From NCBI GenBank assembly GCA_042584005.1, contig JBHOTF010000008.1, positions 27 to 64,026 on the forward strand: a DNA stretch of 64,000 nucleotides, given 5' to 3'. This document shows, in pieces, positions 10,448-19,380 of this stretch. Each line of letters opens with the position of its first letter. Position 1 is the stretch's first letter. Position numbers and translations under genes: made by a program. This DNA is from Bacteroidota bacterium. Lineage in GTDB: Bacteria; Bacteroidota; Bacteroidia; Bacteroidales; JBHOTF01. The notes beneath the pieces were generated by a model, which ran no database searches, was not told the DNA's origin, and worked only from the letters and a program-made list of their open reading frames with translations.

Positions 10448-10546
10448 CATTAACTCCTTACAGTCGTTGAGACCGCTTTGCTTAGTTCAAAATTCAACAT
10501 TAACTCCTTACAGTCGTTGAGATCTCTTCGCTAAGTTCACTATTCA
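10448..10546. repeat. Two 50-bp direct repeats, each carrying a GA/GA-GTA mini-hairpin
   Basis: CATTAACTCCTTACAGTCGTTGAGA identical at 10448 and 10498; minus strand reads aac-GA-ct-GTA-ag-GA-gtt. Confidence 0.85.
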
Positions 10547-10561
10547 GAATTTCTTCTCCAA

Positions 10562-10612
10562 GCTCCTTACTCCCTACTCCCTACTCCTTACTCCCTACTC
10601 CTTACTCCCTAC
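10562..10612. repeat. Heptamer tandem repeat ACTCCYT x7 overlapping the amidohydrolase stop
   Basis: gctcctt actccct actccct actcctt actccct actcctt actccct. Confidence 0.9.
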
Positions 10613-12095
10613 ATAGTTTCTCCAGAATACCATCCAGGGCATCACGATCCAGTAGATTGCCATTTTTTATAACTGCTCTGATTGTACGTGTATTATTGAT
10701 ATTTTCGAGTGGATTGGCATCTAACAGGACCAGATCGGCCAACATTCCCTTTTCTATTGTTCCCAGTTCATTATCAATGCCGAAAAACTGTGCAGGACGA
10801 ATAGTTGCTGCTTCTATAGCTTGCATTGTAGTTAATCCGCTACCTACTAATAAACGAAGCTCCTCATGTAAACTATAACCCGGAGTCAGATAAGCTATTG
10901 GGGAATCTGTTCCGGCCATTATATTAATTCCGGCATCAGAAATTGCTTTAACCATATCATAAGCCCAGGAAGCAAAAGCTACACTCGATTCACTTGCTGA
11001 ACCCTTTGAATTTCTGAGCCCGTTATTAGTCCATTGCGACCTTACAGGTTCAGGTAAATAACGATAATAATCTCTCCACGATTCTCTTGCATACACCCGA
11101 TTAGCTCCGGATGCTACAATTGTGAGGGTTGGTGTTTGCCAGGTATCATTTTTCGCAAGTGTTTTTAAAACATAATTGCGCCTTTCTGTATCCTGAGTTC
11201 TTATTGCATACTGCCTTTGAGCTGAATGCATACTGCTTCTTAACCTTGATCCGGAAAGCTTTTTTCCTACAAGGATCATTTGTTTTCTTGCACTAAGGAG
11301 TGAATCAAAATCAGAAGAACAAGACATTTCAAGATTACGCATATGTTCCATACCTCTGAGTCCCAAATCAGATGCCTCAACAACATCCATACTCAGCGGC
11401 ACATGCCCGGTAACAAGCAAACCTCTTTTTGTTGCTCTTATTACCAGTTCTCTATAAACTTCCGGAGAAAGCATTTCATATGCTTTTATTTGATTCACAC
11501 CTGCATCCGCAAGGGAATCAACAATATGTATAACATACTCTATTGTACCAGCACCAATCGCCAAATTAGGCATACCACCCGAGCCATCATAAACTATTGG
11601 TATTCCGTCGATAAGTGGACCTGCAACAAATACTCTTGGTGTTGTTCCTTCATTTTGTTGAGCTTTCTTAATAAGCGGCTTTAACAAATCTAAATGGCCA
11701 CCAGTATCACGAATACTGGTTATTCCGTTAGCAATAAAAAGTGGAAACATAACCGGCTCTATATCACGATTAAAGACAAGATGTACATGAGCATCCCATA
11801 ATCCCGGAATTAAATATTTACCTTTTGCATCAATAATTGTTGCATCAGAACTATCCTTTATTTTTGATATTTTTCCAACTTCAGCAATCTTATTACCACT
11901 AATAATAACAGTCTGATTAGTTCGGAGGCCATTAACAGCATCTATTACATTTACATTCTTAATAATAATTGACGGGGCAGATTTTTTTTCTGTATTGTTT
12001 GAGCAGGAATTACCCAACAACATAAATTGAAAAAGTAAAATTGCAATAAAAACTTTTTTGATAATAGACAATACTGGTTTAAACTTTCGTTTCAT
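10602..12095 (-). CDS. Amidohydrolase family lipoprotein (HutI/imidazolonepropionase-like)
   Basis: PGLWDAHVH, VTGHVP, MEHM, AGTDS, ADLVLLDANP; lipobox LGNSC. Confidence 0.88.
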   Translation of the reverse strand: MKRKFKPVLSIIKKVFIAILLFQFMLLGNSCSNNTEKKSAPSIIIKNVNVIDAVNGLRTNQTVIISGNKIAEVGKISKIKDSSDATIIDAKGKYLIPGLWDAHVHLVFNRDIEPVMFPLFIANGITSIRDTGGHLDLLKPLIKKAQQNEGTTPRVFVAGPLIDGIPIVYDGSGGMPNLAIGAGTIEYVIHIVDSLADAGVNQIKAYEMLSPEVYRELVIRATKRGLLVTGHVPLSMDVVEASDLGLRGMEHMRNLEMSCSSDFDSLLSARKQMILVGKKLSGSRLRSSMHSAQRQYAIRTQDTERRNYVLKTLAKNDTWQTPTLTIVASGANRVYARESWRDYYRYLPEPVRSQWTNNGLRNSKGSASESSVAFASWAYDMVKAISDAGINIMAGTDSPIAYLTPGYSLHEELRLLVGSGLTTMQAIEAATIRPAQFFGIDNELGTIEKGMLADLVLLDANPLENINNTRTIRAVIKNGNLLDRDALDGILEKLCRE

Positions 12096-12128
12096 AGCTA
12101 TAATTAATTATATTATATAAATTATGGC

Positions 12129-12190
12129 TAAAAGTAAAAAATCAAAAGGCAGAAGGCAAAAGAACCCTACTCCTTACTCCTTACTCCCTA
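12129..12190. repeat. Degenerate AAAAGGC heptamers followed by ACTCCYT heptamers at the M64 gene stop
   Basis: aaaagtaaaaaatcaaaaggcagaaggcaaaag then accct actcctt actcctt actccct. Confidence 0.75.
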
Positions 12191-13552
12191 ATCAAGTACT
12201 AATTTTCTTGTTATTAACGAACCATCACACTGAATGTTTACCAAATACAATCCCGGTGTCATGCCTGCTGAACTAACATTAATTGAATGTTTTGACATTT
12301 GACCTGGTATTACATTTATTGTTTTCTGATAAACCATTATGCCGTTTATACTAAGAATAGTAAGTTGAATTTTCTGCTCATTTTCCGACAATATTTCAAA
12401 ATTCAGATATTCATTTGCCGGATTAGGGTATAAACTGAAATTTGTTTTATTTCGTTTCGAAATAATATCAATTCCTGTATTGGTTTTATTTATATCCCAG
12501 CTAACTAAAAAAAGTTCATCTGAAAAATGACTGCTTTTTCTTATATAGTTTGTTGTATCAATTGCAGTAGCTCTTAAAGAATAGCTGCCCTGATCTAGAG
12601 TATCGGTAAGCAAAAGAAGAGAATCGATATTTTCTTTAATAAGTATACCTTCAAAATACCAGCTTGATTTTACCGTATTTGGCTCCGGCTTTAAAATATT
12701 TAGTTTAAATAGCTGATCATCTGCTAACTCCACGAATGTGTTTTCAGGCTCATAACTTTCAACCTGATTTACCAGTGAAAGAATATCGCTTGTAAGCTCC
12801 TCACGGCATACTGCACAAAACAACCTTCCCAGATACCTCATCTTACAATTCTGATGAGGCCGCTTCCAGCTCTGGCCCGGCGAATCGTGAGAATAGATAC
12901 CTATTCCATAATCACCCATCCAATCTTTCCATTTTACTAATTCCGGGTTTGTTTGCTGTGTCATATTAACCTTCTCATTGGCATATTGTAACCCTGCCCA
13001 ATATTCATCGGCCAGTCCTCCAAATGAATGTCCCAATTCATGTATTGCAACCTCAATAGATGCTGAATTTGTTGATGCTGTTGCAACCCAACCACCAGAG
13101 CCTCCATATTTATCGGAATTTACAATTACAAAAATCTGATCGTATAGTGGAAAATTACTCGACATTACAGCTTGTATCCTGCTTGAACGCATTGGCACAA
13201 GCAGGCGCTCAATTCCATAAGAATTAAATGTGGATCCAAAATAATTGTCTATCAGATTGTCCGGGTCTAATGATGCCCCGGACACATTTGAAGGAACCTT
13301 AATAGCAATTACATTAAAATAACTTTTATACTTATTCCATGGTGATTGATTAAAAAGCTCGTCAACTATAGTATCAACATCTTCCATGTATTTATCAAGC
13401 TCACTTTCTAGATATCCATCGCCCAGAAATACAAAATTTATTCTTTGTTTAATATCACCATTTAATATCAGAGTGTCTGTGTCAAAAACCTGCCCATAGG
13501 AGCTAAATAATAAGCCCGTGACAAGTAGGAATGCAAGAATTATTCTTTTCAT
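12188..13552 (-). CDS. M64 (IgA peptidase-like) metallopeptidase with T9SS C-terminal sorting domain
   Basis: FLGDGY, YGGSG, HELGHSFGGLADEY, C-x-M...FCAVC; YPNPA...GLYLV...TRKLV CTD. Confidence 0.9.
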   Translation of the reverse strand: MKRIILAFLLVTGLLFSSYGQVFDTDTLILNGDIKQRINFVFLGDGYLESELDKYMEDVDTIVDELFNQSPWNKYKSYFNVIAIKVPSNVSGASLDPDNLIDNYFGSTFNSYGIERLLVPMRSSRIQAVMSSNFPLYDQIFVIVNSDKYGGSGGWVATASTNSASIEVAIHELGHSFGGLADEYWAGLQYANEKVNMTQQTNPELVKWKDWMGDYGIGIYSHDSPGQSWKRPHQNCKMRYLGRLFCAVCREELTSDILSLVNQVESYEPENTFVELADDQLFKLNILKPEPNTVKSSWYFEGILIKENIDSLLLLTDTLDQGSYSLRATAIDTTNYIRKSSHFSDELFLVSWDINKTNTGIDIISKRNKTNFSLYPNPANEYLNFEILSENEQKIQLTILSINGIMVYQKTINVIPGQMSKHSINVSSAGMTPGLYLVNIQCDGSLITRKLVLD

Positions 13553-14061
13553 TTATTAACTTTTATTATACCAAGTTCCTGTGATTTATTTTCATTAAAT
13601 ATCTCAAAATTTAGCTTACTTAAGTTCTCTGGGTATTCAATTCTAAAGTTTAGCCATTCTTTTTCCAATTCAATAGTTTCTTTCCTAAGTTCCCCATTTT
13701 CCGAAACATATTCTACTATTTTAATAAATGGATCAGGAAATTTTTTCTGTTTAATTAATTTATTGTTTTTATCAAGAAATGAACAAAGTAAATAATTGTT
13801 TTCGAATTCCTGAATATTCACTTTGCCTTTTTTCATTGTTCCTTCCGTAATTGATATATTATTTTCAACAATATTTATTCTTCCATTAATATTCTTTTCG
13901 AACAAAACACTAACAAATAAAATTCCAGGATCAGAGTTCAAATTCTTGGTTTTATTTTGAGAAAGATTCTTTCCGCCTGTGCAAGCGCATAATATAAAGA
14001 ATGTTAATACGGTGAATAGTTGAACCTTATGTTTAATTACTGTTTTCACAATATTAATCAC
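13549..14061 (-). CDS. Hypothetical lipoprotein coupled to the M64 gene
   Basis: Lipobox LCAC; overlaps both neighbouring genes. Confidence 0.7.
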   Translation of the reverse strand: MINIVKTVIKHKVQLFTVLTFFILCACTGGKNLSQNKTKNLNSDPGILFVSVLFEKNINGRINIVENNISITEGTMKKGKVNIQEFENNYLLCSFLDKNNKLIKQKKFPDPFIKIVEYVSENGELRKETIELEKEWLNFRIEYPENLSKLNFEIFNENKSQELGIIKVNK

Positions 14062-16310
14062 TAAAATCTTTTACTGAACTGAATACTAAAACTTCTCATA
14101 GGTAAAATATCACCCGGGCGTCCCATATATTCAACATTGAATAAATTCTTTACGGCAACTGAAAAACTTGTTTTAGGTGTAAAATTGTAGGCAAGATGTA
14201 AATCTGTAATTAAATATCCGTCATTATTATTAGTCCAGTATGAATAAAATCCTGGTAATATTGTCTCACGGGTATAAGGATTCACAAATACATCATCAAT
14301 ATCCAGCATTTTAGAATTATATAAAATATTTATACCTATTTCATATTTTCTATAACTAGTTGATGTCATAATTTTCACAGAGTGCTGATTTCTGTATTTC
14401 AAAAATACTCCTGTACTTTTCCCTGTAAATTCATTAAATTCTTCAGGATAAATAAAAGTGTAGCCTCCACTGATACTTGTAGATATTTCACCGAAATTTC
14501 TTTGGGCCATTATTTCCAATTCTACACCAGGGACTCTTGAATTTTCAATATTCATTGGCTTAAAAGCAGCATCGATTGAATCAGTCACAGGGCTTTGATA
14601 AAAGCCAAAAACATATTCAATAAGATTTTTGTTTTGTGAATAAAACAAAGATAGGTCCACCTGCCCTTTCCATCCTTTAAAATTCACACCTTGTTTAATT
14701 CCCAGCTCAGTACTCCACCCTTCTTCAGGCATTATTTCAGGATTTGGAAATACTTTCACACTACCAACTGTTGTAAATGCATGTTTTTCGGCAACAGAAG
14801 GAAATCTGTATCCCTGTCCGAATGCGGCCCTTATAAAAGTATATTCTGCCGCTTTATAATTAACACCGGTTCTGAAAATTGGTTTAATATCATCAGCAAG
14901 GCCGTCCAGGAAATTTTGTTCAAAACGCACTCCTGCAATAATTTTCAGTCTATTAACCGGACGATAGTTCATTTGTGAATATCCTCCAATATTATATCCA
15001 TTATGATCCTTATAGAATTCTGACTTAACAACCTTGTATTGTTGTGAAAGTCCTAATGTTATATTCAGATTATCATATATTCTATACCAGAATTTATATT
15101 CAGCAAGATATAAAAAGGCATTAGAGTTATTATGTTCATCATCAGGATGTCGGTTTTGAGTGGTATAAAATCGCATTTTTAAATCATGCTTTGCCCGGTT
15201 ATTTTTATTTATACTGATGAAAGGGTCTGCAGAAAAAATAGTCTGATTGAGCTCCATTGCACTGGCATCAGTTTGTATCAGAGCCGAAGAATCCGCATCT
15301 TTCCAAATTAAAAAATCTGTTTTGTTGGCAAACATAGAATTCAGATTCAAACCATAACTTAACGATTTATATCGCTTGCTATTATGTTTTAGGTTAAAGT
15401 TCAGACGACCTGATTTTTTATCGTTTTGTTTTCTGTATCCCTGATCATATATTACACTACTTCCCAATCCTATGCTAGTATTTCCATGCTTCTTAGAGTG
15501 AAAAAATGTAGCATTTGAAAATAGCCTTGGCGAGTCTGACCATATCCAGTTTTTTTGTCTTGGATTATCATAAACACCAGCATTCAGTGATATTTTTGTA
15601 AGGGGATCATTTTTAGCTTCAGCGGTAATAAAATTAATTATCCCGTTTAAGGCAGATGAACCATATAAAACAGAAGAAGCACCTTTAATAATTTCTATTT
15701 GTGAAAGATTCTCAACAGGTAAAAAATCCCATTTCGCATCTCCGGCATCGGCCGATAACATGGTTAATCCATCTATTAATAACAAAACCCGGCTCCCGGC
15801 ACCATAACTCCATCCACTTCCTCCCCGAATGGAGGCCTGTCCATCAAGAATTTCAATTCCCGGAGTTTGTCTTATTATTTCTCCGGCATTGGCAATATGA
15901 TTCTTTGAAATTGTTTTAGGCTTAATAATCTCCATCGATACTGTTGATTCAGAAATTTTGTGCTCAGTTTTATTTGCGCTAAAAACAATTTCCTCTAATT
16001 CGTTTATTGAAGTTTGTAAACCGATACTTAATTCAAGAGTATCGTTTATTTGCACCAAAACAGACTTTCTTTGGGTTTGATAACCAACATACTGAAAGCT
16101 AAGGTCAAACTCGCCAGCTTCAGTTTTAATAGTAAAAAATCCATCTTTATTGGTAATAGTTCCCTGACGGTTTTTATAAATAACATTGACACTTTGCAGG
16201 GCTAAATTTGACTTAGCATCATATATATATCCTTTAATAACAGCTGAATTATCTTGCGCATGCAAAACAAGACCGGTAAGAAGGCAAAAAAGAATAAAAT
16301 ATTTACGCAT
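14061..16310 (-). CDS. TonB-dependent receptor
   Basis: CarboxypepD_reg-like N-domain, plug (IEIIKGASSVLYGSSALNGIIN), KNLFN, terminal Phe. Confidence 0.92.
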   Translation of the reverse strand: MRKYFILFCLLTGLVLHAQDNSAVIKGYIYDAKSNLALQSVNVIYKNRQGTITNKDGFFTIKTEAGEFDLSFQYVGYQTQRKSVLVQINDTLELSIGLQTSINELEEIVFSANKTEHKISESTVSMEIIKPKTISKNHIANAGEIIRQTPGIEILDGQASIRGGSGWSYGAGSRVLLLIDGLTMLSADAGDAKWDFLPVENLSQIEIIKGASSVLYGSSALNGIINFITAEAKNDPLTKISLNAGVYDNPRQKNWIWSDSPRLFSNATFFHSKKHGNTSIGLGSSVIYDQGYRKQNDKKSGRLNFNLKHNSKRYKSLSYGLNLNSMFANKTDFLIWKDADSSALIQTDASAMELNQTIFSADPFISINKNNRAKHDLKMRFYTTQNRHPDDEHNNSNAFLYLAEYKFWYRIYDNLNITLGLSQQYKVVKSEFYKDHNGYNIGGYSQMNYRPVNRLKIIAGVRFEQNFLDGLADDIKPIFRTGVNYKAAEYTFIRAAFGQGYRFPSVAEKHAFTTVGSVKVFPNPEIMPEEGWSTELGIKQGVNFKGWKGQVDLSLFYSQNKNLIEYVFGFYQSPVTDSIDAAFKPMNIENSRVPGVELEIMAQRNFGEISTSISGGYTFIYPEEFNEFTGKSTGVFLKYRNQHSVKIMTSTSYRKYEIGINILYNSKMLDIDDVFVNPYTRETILPGFYSYWTNNNDGYLITDLHLAYNFTPKTSFSVAVKNLFNVEYMGRPGDILPMRSFSIQFSKRF

Positions 16311-16349
16311 ATCCGGGTTATAGAGGAATATTCCTTACTATAGATTAAC

Positions 16350-16778
16350 TCACTCTTTTGCAATAAAAGTCATTCTGACAGATATATATGAAATAGGTAC
16401 TGTTGTTGAAATAATCCCGGTATTTATTTTAAGAGATGTTTCTGAAAGTTCATCAATAATACAAGTTACCGGGCCGGGTAAAGAATCTGCATAAATAATG
16501 AGCTGTTCATCATTATTCTTCAAAATCCATGTCCCTTCATATATTCCTAAAGAGCCAGTCCCATCTTCATTAAAACTTGTTTCTCCATTAAAAGCAAATA
16601 ATATCTGACCTTCTTCACTTGCATCAACTCCATTTGCCAGGAGGCTATCGCTCTCCCATACCTGATTTGTTAATAGTAAAAACCTTTCTGAAGGACTTAC
16701 CTCTTCTTCTTTTTTACATGAAAGAAAAATACAGAAAACTGCCAGAAAAAGGATAGAGAATGTGGATTTTTTCATCAT
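16350..16778 (-). CDS. Hypothetical lipoprotein (lipocalin-like)
   Basis: Lipobox FLSC-KKEEE; GTW motif; ATG start preferred over the upstream TTG. Confidence 0.7.
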   Translation of the reverse strand: MMKKSTFSILFLAVFCIFLSCKKEEEVSPSERFLLLTNQVWESDSLLANGVDASEEGQILFAFNGETSFNEDGTGSLGIYEGTWILKNNDEQLIIYADSLPGPVTCIIDELSETSLKINTGIISTTVPISYISVRMTFIAKE

Positions 16779-16811
16779 AATTGTTTTTTGTTTATCCAAA
16801 AGTAATAAACA

Positions 16812-17561
16812 TTATTTGTTTTTAACACAACGAACAGGCATTCCATTACTTTTAGAAGGAAAACCTCTGTATGTACCATCTGAAATATCCAATAAATACC
16901 TATACCATGCACTCCCTGGATAAATTTGTGAGGCAGTCCAGAAATACCCATAACTTCCCATTTTTATAAATTCACCTGTTCTATATCTGAACCCACTAGC
17001 TAAAGCACAAAATCCACTTTTATTATTGCCATTACCATCGTTATTCCATCCTGAAGTGGATTTTAGCTTCTTTCCCACGTCTCCGGTATATCGTCTCTCA
17101 TCATCTTTGTTAAAAGATGGATTTGTTTCAAGGTACAATTCTAATTCCTTCCATTCTTCATCTGAGGGCAGGTGCCATCCATCAGGACAGATTCCCTGAT
17201 GTTCAATATTAGAAACATTCCATAATTCATTTCTGTACCTTTTTTCTATATTCATTGCGGCGGGCCAATTATAAAGACAGCCATATATCTGATAATTAGG
17301 TGTTTTTTTTGCTTCTTCCACATTATCTCCCTGGTATGCATAAACCCAAATCCCTTCTTCGGCTTTCACATCGTTTACATATGGAATATAGGCAAGATTT
17401 TCGGCCATCCAGATTTGTTCCCCAATTTGAACTGTTTTATATGTTTTCCCATCACGTGAATCAGTTAACATTCCGGTGGAAATATTATTACAAGCAATTA
17501 AAAAGATAAAAATCACCGTAACACAAATGAAAATTATTGAATAAATCTTTTTCTTATACAT
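16812..17561 (-). CDS. FISUMP (Fibrobacter succinogenes major paralogous) domain lipoprotein
   Basis: DSRDGKTYKTVQIGEQIWMAENL, YGCLYNW, GICPDGWHLPS, VRCVK. Confidence 0.92.
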   Translation of the reverse strand: MYKKKIYSIIFICVTVIFIFLIACNNISTGMLTDSRDGKTYKTVQIGEQIWMAENLAYIPYVNDVKAEEGIWVYAYQGDNVEEAKKTPNYQIYGCLYNWPAAMNIEKRYRNELWNVSNIEHQGICPDGWHLPSDEEWKELELYLETNPSFNKDDERRYTGDVGKKLKSTSGWNNDGNGNNKSGFCALASGFRYRTGEFIKMGSYGYFWTASQIYPGSAWYRYLLDISDGTYRGFPSKSNGMPVRCVKNK

Positions 17562-17568
17562 CTTCTTT

Positions 17569-19149
17569 TTAATTATTAAGATTATTTGAAGTTTTTAAAA
17601 TAAAAATACTGTTTCCCTGCAATGTGATTTGATTTCCATTTGCTTTAAAAACCGAATGTGTAGAAAAAACCGTCTGAAATTGTGATATATTTTGAGGCGA
17701 ATCAATTACCTGGTAATCATCTAACAAGTTGATAATTACAAATATATATTCATCTTCTATCATTCTATAAAAAGCAATTACATGTTTATTATCTGTATTA
17801 TAGGAATATAAGTCTCCCTGACGAAGAGCTTTTGATTGATTTCTAACATGAATTAGTTTTTTATAATGCTCATACAATGAATTATCATAATCTTTTTGGT
17901 AATAAAGAGGTTTGACAGTTTCCGGTGAAGAGAATATAGGAGTTTCCCAGTGAGTTTGTCCTTTATTTCTTTTGTCAACATTCCATAAAAAGGGTTCTCT
18001 AATATGAGGGTCAGGTTTTTCACCAAACATTCCAATTTCTTCTCCGTAGTAAATAAAAGGATTACCCGGAAGTGTTAATAATAGTGCGGCAGCAATCTTT
18101 GCTTTATTGATATCCCCTTTTAATTCAGACATTATCCTGTTCATATCATGATTTGATAGAAATATTGCATCTTCAAAATCAGGATTATTATCACGGTAGA
18201 GGTTTGAAATTTTATTACATTCATCGATAACATTCAGGTTCTTTCCTTCTAATACACTCTTTCTGATAACTTCAGCCAATTTAAAATTAAAAGCAGCTGA
18301 TATTCCATTGTCAAGAAAAGGGGCAATAATACTATCTTCTCCCCAAGCCTCACCAACAATAAATACATCCTTTTTGGTCTTTCTCATTGCTTTCCCAAAT
18401 TTTTTCCACCATTGCAGGGTCTTATCTAACTGTTCATCAGAATATATATGTTGCATAGCATCAAGCCTGAATCCGTCAATGCCTATTTCTTTGAGCCAGT
18501 AATTTCCAATTTTAATAATTTCTTCTCTTACTTTATTATTATCAAAATTCAGATCCGGCATTTCATTCCCGAAAAACCCATAATATCGTTCACCTTCAAG
18601 TTTATTTCCATTCTTATCGCGAACTTGATGCCAATGAGATTTTTCTTGTGCCCAAACTATTGAATCGCTTTCCCAAATATAATAATCGCGATACTCGTTT
18701 TCCGAGCCTGAACCAGATTCTTTAAACCAAGGATGCAAAAAGGATGTATGATTTACAACTAAATCAAGAAGCACTTTTATATCTCTTTTATGAGCCTCGT
18801 TTACAAGAGTTCTATAATCATCAAGTGTACCATAATCAGGATGTACCCCGTAATAATCTGAAACATCATATTTATGGTAAGATGGGGAGGGATGGAAAGG
18901 CAATAACCAGAGGCCGCCAATTCCCAGATCTTTCAAATAATCAAGCTTTTGTATTAAGCCTGGAATATCACCAATTCCATCTTCATTGGAATCATAAAAA
19001 GATTGGACAAAAACCGAGTAATAAACCCGTGTATCACGATTTTTATTACTTCCGCTATTTATATCGCCGGGATGTTCAAAATTCTGAGAGAAACTAACTG
19101 AAAAACAACAAAACACTAATAAAAAAAACAGGAGGTTAACTCTTCGCAT
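17569..19149 (-). CDS. Secreted GH13 alpha-amylase family glycosidase
   Basis: DLVVNH, GFRLDA, VGEAW, FLSNHD catalytic regions; YYGEEIG. Confidence 0.92.
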   Translation of the reverse strand: MRRVNLLFFLLVFCCFSVSFSQNFEHPGDINSGSNKNRDTRVYYSVFVQSFYDSNEDGIGDIPGLIQKLDYLKDLGIGGLWLLPFHPSPSYHKYDVSDYYGVHPDYGTLDDYRTLVNEAHKRDIKVLLDLVVNHTSFLHPWFKESGSGSENEYRDYYIWESDSIVWAQEKSHWHQVRDKNGNKLEGERYYGFFGNEMPDLNFDNNKVREEIIKIGNYWLKEIGIDGFRLDAMQHIYSDEQLDKTLQWWKKFGKAMRKTKKDVFIVGEAWGEDSIIAPFLDNGISAAFNFKLAEVIRKSVLEGKNLNVIDECNKISNLYRDNNPDFEDAIFLSNHDMNRIMSELKGDINKAKIAAALLLTLPGNPFIYYGEEIGMFGEKPDPHIREPFLWNVDKRNKGQTHWETPIFSSPETVKPLYYQKDYDNSLYEHYKKLIHVRNQSKALRQGDLYSYNTDNKHVIAFYRMIEDEYIFVIINLLDDYQVIDSPQNISQFQTVFSTHSVFKANGNQITLQGNSIFILKTSNNLNN

Positions 19150-19233
19150 AATCTAATAATTAAAATAAAATTAAAGATGTGAAGGTAAAAAATAATTATT
19201 TACCTTAAAACAATGATCGCAGCCACACCAATT

Positions 19234-19380
19234 AATTACGTTTTTACCGTCAGGCAAAAACAAATTACGCGAGTGTTAACGAGCGAATGAATTACAATTG
19301 AATAGCAATTGAATAACATGAGCGCAGCGAATGAATTACAATTGAATAACAATTGAATAACACGAGCAAAGCGAGTGAAT
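19234..19380 (+). repeat. Mini-hairpin / GAATWAC repeat array (copy 1)
   Basis: 11-mers AATTGAATAAC interspersed with gcGAgt-gtta-acGAgc, atGAgc-GCA-gcGAat and acGAgc-AAA-gcGAgt; abuts the permease stop at 19380. Confidence 0.85.

Noticed and set aside
14061-19149. Canonical starch PUL (susC/susD)
   Set aside because: The receptor is 749 aa without SusC signature motifs, and no SusD or SusR is present
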